NCBI GenBank assembly: GCA_047967505.1
Contig: CM106538.1
DNA from: Dipteris shenzhenensis
Taxonomy: Eukaryota
Reading direction: 5' to 3' (one strand)
DNA length: 64,000 bases
Shown here: positions 39,755-52,121 of the stretch, piece after piece
Numbering within the stretch: the first letter of the stretch is position 1
How the letters are laid out: each line of letters starts with the position of its first letter
Position numbers and translations under genes: made by a program
The notes under the pieces: model-generated
What the model saw: only the letters and a program-made list of their open reading frames with translations
The model's database searches: none
Told to the model about the DNA's origin: nothing

Positions 39755-40629
39755 AAGGGGTTAGCTCAGCCAGGGGGTAACAGGAGATATGGCCAGCAAA
39801 GCATGGCCCAGCCTACCTTCCTCCTCTTCACATTCTCTCTAACCCCGATTTGGGCTAAACCCCCAACCCAACCCGGGGGTTAGGTTAAGCCAGGGGGGTT
39901 CATCATACAGCCAACTATGGATTGGCCTACCCTTTCCTCCAAGTCCCCTCAACCCCCTCAACTCCTTCAACATCCATCAAAACTCGGTACTCTACAGTTG
40001 CAGCCATGACACCCTCTCCATATGCACGGAATTACCAACAAGAAGGCTCAAAACGGCCCATCCTCAGGCAACAGGATCAGATTTTTTATCTGCAGCAGGC
40101 AGTGAGAGAGCTACGATTGGAGCTGGCAGAAGTAAAGGCCCAACTTCACATCTTGGAAGGGCCTCGTAAGCAGGCAGTAGTTGATGAGGCTGTAAAATCT
40201 TGTAAGAATTCCCCCCCTACCCCGCAGCTAGTCTCTACAGTCAAAGATCTTGTTCACACTAAAGTACAAACTGCTAGGAAGGAAGTGTTTGTGGAAGTTG
40301 ACAACAAAGCAAGTAAGTCTGATATCCAAGAATTAGCTAAAGTCAGGGCTGCCAGAAAGGATGGAAAATAGGCAGTTTACCGTGAAGGGGTAGCACTAAT
40401 TAGAGATTTTAAATCAAAACCAAAAGACTCTCAGTCTTAAACTGATGTATGGCTGTTTACTCTCCAGAATATCATGTAGGTGCTCTAAATAATTGGGGTT
40501 GCTTTTTGCACTCCTTGGGAGCTGCCATGTGCCCTCCCTAAAGCAGATGTACTAGAGGGTTTCTTGTTGTCCCATAGACCTTTTGGTCTCCAGTGGACGT
40601 TAATAGACTTTCTTTCTTTCTTTCTTTCT
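39755..40629 (+). mobile_element. Short non-autonomous ORF1-only retroposon (copy C)
   Basis: Coiled-coil ORF 39922-40371 reads through TAG into AVYREGVALI, matching the ORF1 C-terminus of copies A and B. Hairpin AGACC-TTTT-GGTCT at 40576-40589; (TTTC)5 tail; flanking direct repeat CCCAACT (39748-39754 and 40630-40636). Confidence 0.72.
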
Positions 40630-40952
40630 CCCAACTCTATTTTAATTTGTTTTAAATGAATAAATTACTTGTTATTGAAAATGTATTTTGGATCATACCC
40701 GTGTAGAAATTCTGAAGCAAACAATTTCAACGTCACGGACAAAATGTAGTGAAATCTCCAATACAGTGGTTTCTCCACAAAGTAGATTAACTCATATACA
40801 TAGAAAATCTGTATCACTCTATATTTCTCTTGAAATTACAAGCAAGTAGAGTTATTTTCCCTTTTGCTGCAAAAATGTAACAGGGTTATACTAAATTGAC
40901 AATGTCTTTCTCAGAAACTTGCATTCGTAGCACTTACAAAATTTCAATATAC

Positions 40953-41027
40953 CTGAAGGCCCATCACTGCAATATACTTTTGTAGAGGATCGGTATAAGA
41001 ACGTAGATTTTCCATTATCTTTTGCAC
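40953..41027 (-). CDS. NADP-ME: NADP-malic enzyme exon (75 bp; VQKIMENLRSYTDPLQKYIAVMGLQ)
   Basis: Too short for the ORF track; read by hand. Acceptor gcAG|GTG and donor CAG|GTat, phase 0/0. It fills exactly the segment between ...QELQ and ERNERLFY of NADP-ME. Confidence 0.9.
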
Positions 41028-41542
41028 CTGCTCAGAGTCATAATCAAGACACACCGAGTCACAAATCAAGACATAGTGAGGTTAAATGTCATCGGGTATA
41101 ATGCTCCAGTCAGGCTAAATTGTAAAGCATATGTAATTCTCATGTGTATCCGTTAATAGATATGTGCATTGCTATGTAGGGATGTGCACCTGGTCATGTG
41201 CATGTGTGAGAACAAGTAGATATATTATTTGCCCCTGCAATGAATCAGAATCCAAAAGGAACGTTCTAAAAGCATTCTAAAAGCATCCTTGATTAACAGG
41301 CTTGAAAGCTACATTTCAGTGCAGAATCAAATGGCCTGAGCAGTATCCTCAAATGATTTAGAATGGAGGACTGTAGGCCCATTAATACACCAATTAATCT
41401 CCCATTAATACACCAATTAATCTAAGTAAGAAATTACTGAAGGATTAAGATAATCCTGAAGTAGATGGTACTTAACACATGCTGGTAATTAACACATGCA
41501 ACTAGTTGGTAGCCTGATATAATTGACCCACCAGATGGGGTA

Positions 41543-42461
41543 GGATGCGTCAATTTTACGAGCAAAAACCTATGAGCAGGTTTATCCGAGCGTGTTTTTC
41601 AAGAGATTTTTAAAAATGTTTTTCTTTAGGAAACATGGTTTTTACACTTTTATCTTCACTAGAACTAGATCCCTTTATCATAAAAATATACAGACTAGTC
41701 ACTCATTCATTTTTACACAACATAATTTTCTTATTTAGAGACATCCCTTTGTACCCCTGTTATTACCTTTAAAAAGTGTTGATTCCTTTAAGAAACATTC
41801 CTCATAATCACTCTCAATGTAATAATACTATGCATATATAATTACTTATTAACACATTTATATCATATGGCAATATCTTTTTAGTGTTTTTATAGCATAT
41901 TTATGGACATGTTTCTAAAGAAGTTTAAATTACTATAAATAAGTATTAACTTGGGCTTATATATCACTCTCATAAAATACATGTAATATTTAACACTATA
42001 TATGAAAGATTTTCCAAAATATAACTCCATAGATGTGCTCAAATTGGGTGTTCCGATCAATTTGAGTGGTTGAATGACTATATTTGGACATTGGATATGA
42101 AAGTTATGTCACTTTTAAAAGTGCTGTCCAAGGTAGTTTCGCCAGCGAAACTACCTTGGGAGACTTGCTTCAAAGGGGTTTCGCTGGCGAAACTACCTGG
42201 ATGGCTTGCTTCAATGAGTTTTCTTTGAAGAAACTCTTTCATGAGTTTTCTACATGTGGGTTTCTTCAAAAGCCATCCCATTATGCTCTCACCATTCCTA
42301 CAGATTCACCTAAAGATTTTTGTATAAAATAGGCATAGCTATATTTCTAAGTGAAACTATGTTTTCTTCTGATCGATTTTTGCCATATTTATGCATAGTT
42401 GGAAGCTATTTTTTTCCTTCGCTCGGACGCTCGGAAGATTTCGCTCAGAAAATGCTCGTCC
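41543..42461. mobile_element. Non-autonomous Mutator-like (MULE) element
   Basis: 12-bp direct repeat CCAGATGGGGTA at 41531-41542 and 42462-42473. Imperfect TIRs begin GGA(T/C)G with repeated GAGC motifs; AT-rich interior; interrupts the Copia reading frame. Confidence 0.7.
42128..42198. repeat. Perfect 15-bp-arm palindrome plus an adjacent degenerate inverted copy
   Basis: CCAAGGTAGTTTCGC-CA-GCGAAACTACCTTGG (42128-42159); AGGGGTTTCGC-TG-GCGAAACTACCT (42174-42198). Confidence 0.92.
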
Positions 42462-43935
42462 CCAGATGGGGTATAGCTTATCCAGTCAATGCAATGTGCT
42501 AATATATGGCTCATCCTAGAGAAAGCCATCTGATTTCCAGACAAGAGGATGCTTAGGTATGTCAAAGGAAACACTAATATCTGGAGTAGAATATAAAAGC
42601 AACAACAGTCTAAAGTATCAGTGTTTACAGATAATGATTGCACTGCAGGCTTAGATGACATAAGATCTACTTTTGGATATTGCTTCAGCATTGGATTTGA
42701 CCTAATATCATGGAGCAATGAAGCTGATTCTTGAGGGCAATGTTACACCTACCTATAAACCCCAACGCTCTTTGGAAGGTTTGCTTGTTGATGCCCCTTT
42801 AGAAATCGTTTAGAGATGGGGAAACATAGGTAAAGCTGCAGCAGGGAAGTCACATGGGGAAGATGAGAAGAAACAATGACCTCAAAAAAAATTCCATTGC
42901 CCATTACCTGAAGCTGCTAGAAAGGCTTCCCGTTTGCCCCCTACATGATACGTATTTCTGGGAGAGGGTATGAACACCCTCTTCTACTCTGAAGATTTGG
43001 TCAACCAGGAGGTTATTTCTGCCAGCTAGCAGCAACTCAGAGAGTCCGCCTTGGAAGCAGAATCACGCTACTCAATACATTTCCAATACATGGATCCCTA
43101 CACAAACATTAATGTACGAGTGCCAGGAGCACACCCAATACACCAGGGAGCTGAGGGACTGGTACATTTTCCTAGTCAGTTTGTCTCCTTGAATTTCAGG
43201 ATTGCAATTCTAGAATGTATAAAAATCCAGTATTGGCACTATTGCACTATTATAATGTATAGCCATGGAGTTTTTATTTGCCTTTTTGATGTTTTTACTT
43301 TTTGTAGATCTCTACATGGGAAAGATAGATGCTCTAATAAGCCCCTCTTGCCAAAAAGTGGCAAATGTTGCCCATGGCAGCCTATACCTTTCCAATCCTG
43401 CCATCCTTGAAACACTACCTATGGGACCAAGATACATTAGCCTAGATGGGGTTGGCTGACCCATATAAAAATTGGATAGAAATTATAGGGTGGACAAGAG
43501 CAACACGTTCATAGTGTTGCTAGAGATTTGAATATCTGCCCTACAGAGAGGAAGAAAGGTAAGAGCTTATTTGTGATTTGTTTGTATGATGGGTATATGA
43601 AGGGATATATCACTTTAAGGTTCCACTGAACGCTAACATCAAAGGTTGCAAAGGAGTTCTTCGTATTGTCAAGGTAGGGAGGGCAGAACCATTCGTCATC
43701 ACAGGCAGCAGGTTCATGGGACCCCATCCCATGATCCAAGGCATTATTCAGCCCCTACCGAGGTACTTCAAATCCTCTAGTGTCTTGTTTCAAATGCCAA
43801 GGCCCACACTTCTTGAAGGACTGTCTTTGCATTGGTAAAAGAGAACTATGGGGATAGGATTAGTCCAAGAACTACGAATGCATGCATTTCGCTAACCTTT
43901 AATGGGTTAAAGTGTTGGTGTGTGTAGGCCTTGTT

Positions 43936-45728
43936 GAGAATTACTTCATGCCAAGGAATTCTCAAAGTGATCTTTCTCGCTTGATGCATACACTGAATGA
44001 CTTTGGCATAGCTGCTGGACTGCATATCAATTTTCAGAAATCAAAACTTCTAGCTTTGAAAGAAGCTGATTGGCATGCACTTTTTTGGCCAGGCCACATT
44101 ATCTCTTCCCTTACTATTGTCAGACATCTAGGATACCCCATTGGCTGGAATATTACTCCGCAACAACAGCTCAAATGGGTGCTTCAAAAGATCAACAAGA
44201 AGCTGGAATACTGGCATTTGTCCACTTGGCCTCTACATGTTCGACTCCGGATAGTACAGTCCATCATTATGGCATATGTGCAATTTTATTTGCCTCTTCT
44301 TCCTTGGTCTTTCAAGCATTTGGCTTCCTATATGTCCCAAGCTATGGAGATATTTTGGAAAAGCAAATCTCATAAAAAAGCTTTGCGACTACTACCTATG
44401 CAGTCTATTTGTTCACCCAAGACTCATGGGGGGCTGAATATTCTCAATCTCCACGTTCATATGTTGGCAAGAAAGAGCACTATGATTGCTGATTTTTTTC
44501 AGCAAAAACAACCATGGGCTATTATGTTAGCAGCTATGTGTGGAAACATGGCCTCCCATGCATATGGGCATTGGATTACAGATCACTGGGAAGCAGTTTT
44601 GTCTTCCTTTCAGGGGAAAATTCCTGGTTGCCCTGTTTCTACTGCTTTTATTCATGATTGGAAGAGAATTCTTTCATATGCAAAATGGACAGGTGCTTCC
44701 TCTCATCATGGTAATTCTTTTCGATTGGAAAGCATCCATTGGAGCAAGGTGTTTGCATCGCCTCTCGCTTTACAGGCACCTATTAAAGCATACAATCTCA
44801 TGAAATTGGGCATAAGATTTGTTGGTGATGTTGTGGATCAACAAGGCTATATACTTTCATTTCCACAAGCTTGCAGGACATTCTCCTTGGGTCTGCATCA
44901 TAGATCCATTTGGAGAACACTTTCAACTATGTTGCAGCCATTTGTTCCAGTTCCTCCACTGTTTGCACAGGACAGATTAATGGACTGGAATTTGACTTCC
45001 ATACCTCCTGCTACCCATACGCTCTCAATACACAATCTGACCTCTTCGAAGGTTTACAGATTTCTTCTTCCACAGCCATGGATTGACAAGCATGCCAACA
45101 CTCTTTGGAATTTGGATAGGCCTTTATCTTGGTGGCAATCCCGACTCATGAAAATCTGGAAAGCCAAATTGCCATTGAAACAGAGGCTTTTCTTTTGGAG
45201 ATGTATAGTGGGAGCCTTTTCCATTGGGGTGAAATGGGCAGCACGCCGCATTGCTTCTCCTTTCTGCCCCCGTTGCTTTCATCCCTGCGAGACAGTTCCT
45301 CACCTATTATGGTTTTGCCCGCACTCTCGCACATTGATCACTCATGTCTCTCATTTACTGCGGCTTCGGTTCCCTTCTATCAGATTTGGGAAACTTTTCT
45401 GGATGTTTGGATGCCTCTCATCTCAGATGTCTCCATTACTCCTTTTCTTTCACTGGACTCGCTTTTGGGTATTATGGACCATTTGGACACAGAGACTGCA
45501 TTCTAGGATGGGTCAACAGTTTCCTCAGGCATATATTTTCTTCAGAATGTCCCTCAAGCAATCCTTACATGACAGTCTTGCTGCAAGGGATTTGGATGCT
45601 ACTAGCCTTGAAGTGTTCTCTACTTGTTTTTGAGTTTTTCTATTGGGCTCTCTTTCGGAGTTCATTGCTAGTGTGTGGGAGATTTATGAGGATATAAATA
45701 CACTGGATTTTACCCAAAAAAAAAAAAA
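43936..45728 (+). mobile_element. 5'-truncated L1-clade LINE (L1-a), open ORF2 C-terminal half
   Basis: ORF 43912..45633 begins just after the YADD-equivalent position (GLHINFQKS, RHLGYPIG, PKTHGGLNI, zf-RVT CPRC..ETVPHLLWFC). A13 tail followed by (GT)9. Confidence 0.9.
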
Positions 45729-45747
45729 GTGTGTGTGTGTGTGTGTG

Positions 45748-46533
45748 CCTTTTCTTCCCATCCCTCCTTTATCTAACAGGGACCGATTATATGATTGGCA
45801 GTTACACCCGGTGGGCTCAAATTCTCGTCCTGTTACTCTTCCTAACCTAACGGTTAGCACGACACACTCTTTCCTCCAGCCGTCACCATGGATTCACTTA
45901 CATGCTAATTCTCTTTGGCATATGGCAAAATCACTTGCTTGGTGGCGAAAGAATCTCCGCAATTTATGGAGAAGCAAATTGCCTCTCAAGCAAAAGCTTT
46001 TCCTATGGCGTTGTCTTACAGGAACCTTATCCGTGGGGGTCACTCTGGCTCAACGAAGGATTGCATCTGCTTCTTGTCTTCGATGCATGGCCCCTTCTGA
46101 AACGGTGCATCATTTGTTTTGGATGTGTTCCAGCACTAAGACCTTCCTATGCAAAATTTCCATGTCGCTTCGCCTTCGTTTCCCTAACTCTCCTTTTGGA
46201 AAACATTTTTGGCTTTTTGGCAGACTTCCTGCAACCCTGGTCCATTACTCTTTACTTTTGAACTGGGTCAGATATTGGGCTTTTTGGACCATATGGCAGG
46301 ATCACAACATGCGATATTTTGGGAATCCGTTCTTGCAATCTTATGAATATTTCAGACTCTCCCTACGGCAATCTATCTATGATGCTTGCCATCAAGGAGA
46401 TCTTCCTCAGTCATGTCTGAAAATAGTTTTTCTTTGCTTTTGATTTCCTGTTGAGGCTCTCTGCTTTTTTGAGTCCCTCATGTAAATTTTGCTGATAATA
46501 TAATCATGGATTTACCAAAAAAAAAAAAAAAAA
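45748..46533 (+). mobile_element. 5'-truncated L1-clade LINE (L1-b), zf-RVT region
   Basis: CLRCMAPSETVHHLFWMC; A17 tail; (GT)n on both sides. Confidence 0.9.
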
Positions 46534-47018
46534 GTGTGTGTGTGTGTGTGGTGGTGGTGTAGTTCACGGTATCTTTGTGCGATTTCAGTGAGGTGTACGC
46601 GTTTCTGTATATCGTCCTCACCAGGAACCCTCCGCAGACTCGTCCGTACATTGTACGGTCGCCGTACGGCGTCCGTACGATTTCGTACCTACCCCATATT
46701 CCCGTACAGTCAGCCTTCCCCCTGTGCAGCCCGTATATATTTCAACATAGCTCGTCGTAGTCCATACAGCCCAGTACCTCTTGCCGTACAAGCTTTTGGG
46801 GTTTCTTTGCTTCGGTGTCTTCCCGAACAACCCTTTTTTTTTTTTTTTTTTTTTCACCAAAATCTTAACTTTCCCTCTGCTTTTCTCCTCACTAGCTATA
46901 CTCTTCTCCCCCTCCCTTGTGGGCTTCCTGTGGATACTTCTTTGGGACTGGTTTTTTTTTTGGCTTTCACTACGCCTTTACAGGTACTTCATTCCCAAGC
47001 TCCCCTTCATACAAAGTT

Positions 47019-48254
47019 ATGGCAGAATACTCATATGAAAAAACGTTTCAAAAGGAGCGCTCGGCTCCCTGCAAGAAGCAAAAGCAGGTTGAGGGTCAGC
47101 ATGACCCGGTGCATGACACTCTTGAGGCTCAACTAGTATATGATGTCATGCATGAAGGATTTGCAGATACGAGAAAAGAATGGAAAGACTCGGTTCCCTC
47201 AGTTGGCCTCATGGTTGAGGTTGATGAAATTGTGGATCTAGTCAGAGAATATGCTAAGAATGCAGTCATATTATTTTTTCCAGGCCGGATGCCACCTGCT
47301 GCAGAGATAGGCAACTGGCTGACACGCACATTGGCTGGCTCTTTTGTTCGTAAAGTACATTATGCAGCCAGGGGTTTTTTTGAGGTTATCATGGTGGATG
47401 AGATCCACAGACAAATGCTTTTGGAACACTCGCCTCTCTTTTTTGGGCAGCAAATGGTGCATGTATTGCCATGGTCTCCCACATGGGACTTTCAGGCTTT
47501 AATCCGACACAGATGCCCGGTTTGGGTTGAAGGTGTTGACTTCCCACAATGTATGGCCTCACTTTTGCCTAAAATTGCAGCATCTTTAGGTAAAGTGGTC
47601 TGCCCACCACGGCCAAATGGCAACTCAAACAGATTTTGCATTCTCTGGGATACTGATAATCCCACACCGGACTCTTATTCAGTCACAGTGAATAATGTGA
47701 ACATGGGCAGTGCCCTTTATAAACTCAAATGGGGCTTATTTGCAGGGGCCTGTTTTGAATGCAAAAAGTTTGGACACATGGCTTCACAATGTCCAATGAA
47801 TCAGCAAAAAATGCCTCGTACCAATTTGCCAGTTCACATGTCTACCAAAGATAACCCTACTCCAGTTGTCAACAAAAATAAAAGCAATAGACAGCCTTCT
47901 GGGAGTCAGGAGAAAGGCAAAGCTCCAGTGGCTCCCAATGGGAATCTCACTTCACATTCACCTCCTACTATTCCATCCTCGACTAAAGGACAGCAACCTC
48001 CGATTGATGGCTGGCAAAGTCCCAGAAAAGTTATTTCTGCTCGAAGAATTCCACCCCCCCATACTTGGAATGGTGCATCTTCTAGCGGAAATACCCCAGA
48101 GATAAATACAGAAATTGGGATTACATGGGCTGCAGTAACAGCCAGCAGAACACTCTTCCCTGAAGAAGAGGTTGCTGCTTTGCTGTCTACCTCTCAGGTG
48201 GCTACTTCTTCTCAGGGGCGAGGCCTCGACCCTAAGATAGAAATGCAGGACTGA
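47019..48254 (+). CDS. L1-c ORF1p (DUF4283-like RRM plus zinc knuckle)
   Basis: Open frame from the ATG at 47019; ARGFFEV...LPWSP...PVWVE...LGKVV pattern and CFECKKFGHMASQC knuckle. Confidence 0.8.
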   Translation: MAEYSYEKTFQKERSAPCKKQKQVEGQHDPVHDTLEAQLVYDVMHEGFADTRKEWKDSVPSVGLMVEVDEIVDLVREYAKNAVILFFPGRMPPAAEIGNWLTRTLAGSFVRKVHYAARGFFEVIMVDEIHRQMLLEHSPLFFGQQMVHVLPWSPTWDFQALIRHRCPVWVEGVDFPQCMASLLPKIAASLGKVVCPPRPNGNSNRFCILWDTDNPTPDSYSVTVNNVNMGSALYKLKWGLFAGACFECKKFGHMASQCPMNQQKMPRTNLPVHMSTKDNPTPVVNKNKSNRQPSGSQEKGKAPVAPNGNLTSHSPPTIPSSTKGQQPPIDGWQSPRKVISARRIPPPHTWNGASSSGNTPEINTEIGITWAAVTASRTLFPEEEVAALLSTSQVATSSQGRGLDPKIEMQD

Positions 48255-48310
48255 CCTCATAAATTTTGCTGCTGTACATAGTTGTTACATTGCTATAAAT
48301 ACCTGTACAT

Positions 48311-51300
48311 ATGACTGCTCACATCAACTGTTTTACACTCAATGTCCAGGGCATGTGTGACAGTAGGAAATGGAAATCTGTGTGGCTGTACATTAACAGA
48401 TTTCAGCCTGACATAGTGGCATTACAAGAGCACAACCAACATATTTATGCAAGCAAGACAGGACACTATTCTGGATATGATATTTTCTATGCTGGGGAGC
48501 ACTCTTTCTCAGGGGTTGTCCTTCTGATCAAACATGAGCTTCAACCAGACATTGCATTAAATGACAACAAAGGCAGATGGCTTGTTCTCCAATGCATTAT
48601 TAGAGGAGAGGTGTTTGAATTTGCTTCAGTTTATGCACCTCAGTCCTCTAGAGAAAGAACGACAATTTGGGATTCCATGCAACAATATCCGTGGAGATAT
48701 CATGCCTACATATGTGGGGATTTCAATAATGCTCCACAACAGGGAGACAACACCTCCAGACATGACCATATGTTATCTCCTGAAAGGCATGCATGGTCTC
48801 AACTACTTTTGCATTTGGATCTGGTTGACCTTTGGAAGGAATTGCAGCCTTTGTCACTGGGCTACACTTTTCAACATAATGCTCTTTCCGCTTACCAAGC
48901 ACGTCTGGATCGATGGTATAGTGTCGCTCCCCAACAAAATGGGGATCTCACATGCAAAATGTGGATTGACTATGCCTTTGTGCATTCAGACCATGCACCG
49001 CTATGGCTGCGTTTATCTTTTCATGATATGCCAGATGATAGATTGCCACAAAGGAGACATCTAATCACAAAAAATAGTTATTTGCAACATGCTGAATTCA
49101 AGGCCATGGTTACTGAAGCAGCTCATTGTCTTTCCTCTAGCAGCCATCTTCATGTTGATGGTGTCTAGGATTCTTTTATTTCTAAAATGCAAGTGGTGAT
49201 TAGAGATTATGGCAAGTCTTACATGAAGACTCTGAGGGAAACCATTGCTCGGGCCAGATCTACTTGTCAAGATCTCACTGAACTCAGTCATCATCGTTCG
49301 TTGTCCATGCATGAGCAAACAACACTATGCCAGGCCAGACATTGTCTTAAACTAAATGATCACACGAAACTGGCAAAATGGGAGACTAGAGCAAGACAAA
49401 GAGCCTTCACAGATAAAGGTTGCTCTTCCAAAGAATTTTTCAAAAGTTTACATCAGAGGAGAATCAAAACAGAAATTTGCAGAGTGCTTATGCCCGATGG
49501 ATCATGGACTACTTCACGGTCACAGCTTGCCTCTATTTGTGTGCATCATTTCTCTCAGCAATTTCACTCTGCAGCTCCTCCCTCGCAACAGATTTTGCTT
49601 GCACGAAATTTACTGTTGCAACATGTTTCTCCTATCATTTCCCCCACTCAAGCTTTGGAATTGGAGGACCCCTTTACTGAGAGGGAACTGTCAGATGCGA
49701 TCAAATCATGTGGCAGATGGAAATCCCCAGGATGGGATGGTTTAACAGTCGAGTTTTTTCTAGCATACTAGCCTATTTTGAAGCATTCATTGCTATATAT
49801 GGTAAATGCTGCGTGGCAAAATCAGAAAATGCCGGACACATGGAAGAGAGGTCTTGTTAAACTTCTTCCCAAAAAACAAATTTGTGAGTCTTTGGCAGAC
49901 TGGAGACCTATCACTCTTATGCCCGTAATTTACAAAGTCACTACCAAAATGATTGTTAATCGGCTAAAGTGATTTTTACATGATGGGTTGCATCCGGCTC
50001 AATATGGCTTTGTCCCGCGTAGGCATATCACAGATAACATTGCTAATGCCTACATTGGAATTGAATATGCCAAATACACACAACAGGATGTTTTGTTATT
50101 GCAAGTTGATATTGCCAAAGCCTTTGATACAGTGGGATTTTATTTCATCGACTATGCAGGCATTGGGTTTTGGCACAAAAATGCAGCAACTCATCACTTG
50201 GCTATATCAAGATAGTGAAGCTGCTTGCATACTTTCAGGAGATATTTCTCCATCCTGGACTCTTGCTTGCTCTGTCAGGCAAGGATGTCCCTTGAGTGCT
50301 TTACTTTTTGCCATAGCCACTCATCCACTACTTCAATATCTGGATCACCTCTTGGACACTGACCAGTTGCATGGTTTGGAGATTCTTGGCAGTCGCAGCA
50401 TGATTGCTCAGGCATATGCTGATGATTCATTTTTTACTCCAAAAAATACTCGGGCTGATCTGTCCATGATTATGCATGCTCTTTCTACATATGGATTGGC
50501 TGCTGGCCTTCGGGTAAATTTTCAGAAATCAAAATTGCTGCCGTTACATGCACAGGAATGGCACAACCTTCTGTGGCCTGGGGAAATTGTCCCCGCTTCT
50601 CAATTCATTCGACATCTTGGTTATCCTCTAGGCTGGGGACTCACCCGTTCACAACAAACTGATTGGGTGCTAGTAAAGTTAAGAGCAAAACTTGAATATT
50701 GGAAGCTTGCAACTTGGCCATTACATGTTCGTCTGCGAATTACACAATCCATTTTGATAGCATACATACAATTTTATCTGCCTCTCACTATGTTCACTAA
50801 GGCAGATCTGGTCTCTTTTATGTCAGCTATCATGGAAATTTTCTGGCATTCAAAACATGGCAAGAAAAGTCTCAGATTACTCTCTATGCATCGTCTCTGT
50901 TCTCCAAAGATGCATGGGGGTCTGAACATTCTCAATATTCAAATGCATTTACTTGCTCACAGAGGGAAAATGATGATACAGTTTATGCAAGGAGATCAGC
51001 CTTGGGCTTTCATGATCCGCTCTCTCTTATTACATCTTCATACATCTGCCTTTGGGAATTGGCAGCCTACTCAGTGGGATTTTTTATTTGGCTCCATCCA
51101 AGGCAAGATCAAAGGATGCCCTTTTGTCTCTCGTCTGCTTCTTGATTGGAAACACATTCTATCTCACTTGGAATGGCATGGCAGGGACTCTCTCTCGGGC
51201 AACTCTTTGAGGGCAGAGAATATTTTTTGGTCTAAAGTATTTCACCCTCCTTTGGCCATACAAGAACCCCGACGTTCTTATTTTCTCTCCCTCAAAGGCA

Positions 51301-52121
51301 TATCATCTGTGGCGGATGTACTTCAGGATGATGGCACAATTTTATCTTTTTCTATGGCTGCTCGTAAATATGGCTTGGGAGCTCATTATCGTCCTTTATG
51401 CCATAGAATTTCAGCAATGCTCCAACCGTACTTGCCGGTACCTCATTTGGAACTTCAGAATCGGCTTGAGGATTGGATTTTAAGCTCTCCTTCCTTATAT
51501 GCCCGTCCTTTGAAGCTTTCACATATCACAGTGTCATCACTATATAAAGTGTTATTATCTCCACCTTGGATTTCCCACAGAGCAAATACTGTTTGGCATA
51601 TGGATCGTCCAATGAAGTGGTGGAGAAAAAGGCTGCGTCTCCTTTGGCATTACAAAGTCCCTCTTCGACAACAACTTTTCCTGTGGCGAGTTCTCCTTGG
51701 CATTTTTCCATCCGGACAGTTACTCGCACACAGACGTATTGCTTCAACTGTTTGTCACAGATGCCAGCACTCTACTGAATCAGTTTTTCACATCTTTTGG
51801 TCCTGTCCAAATACTTCTGATCTCATTGCTCTCATTAGATAGAGGCTTCGACAGCGATTTCCTACTGTTACTTTTGGCAGATTTTTCTGGTTGTTTGGCT
51901 TTCATCCACAGAGACAGGGTTTTGATTTATTTTTTGTATGGGTGCGCTATTGGACACTATGGACTTTATGGATGGATCGAAATCATAGAGTCTTTGGTGA
52001 TCCACTATTTTCATCCTTTCTTTTTTTCAAACGATCTCTGCAACAATCATTCTACGATTGTTTTCAGACTCATTTGATTGATCAGGATGTGTATACAGCT
52101 TATACAGAGATCTTTAGTTGA
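48311..52121 (+). pseudogene. L1-c ORF2 (APE endonuclease-RT-zf-RVT), with 4 in-frame stops and 1 frameshift
   Basis: LNVQG, LQE, GDFN, ARLDRWY, SDHAP; WRPITL, DIAKAFD, VRQGCPLS, YADD; CHRC..ESVFHIFWSC. Stops end at 49168, 49771, 49972 and 51842; frameshift near 50130. Confidence 0.9.

Larger units (their letters stand above)
41250..42720 (+). mobile_element. Old Ty1/Copia RT-RNase H fragment split by a TIR element
   Basis: QLVGSLI*LT at about 41500 continues after 42473 as IAYPVN..MAHPRESH..KRMLRYVKG..FTDND..DDIRSTFGY..ISWS. Confidence 0.65.

Noticed and set aside
41378-41423. 23-bp tandem duplication (also a 17-bp duplication at about 8602-8636)
   Set aside because: These are ordinary slippage or repair duplications within decayed transposon sequence.
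45643-45750. ORF 45643..46443 as a fusion protein
   Set aside because: The N-terminus KKKKCVCVCV is a poly(A) tail and (GT)n read in frame by chance.
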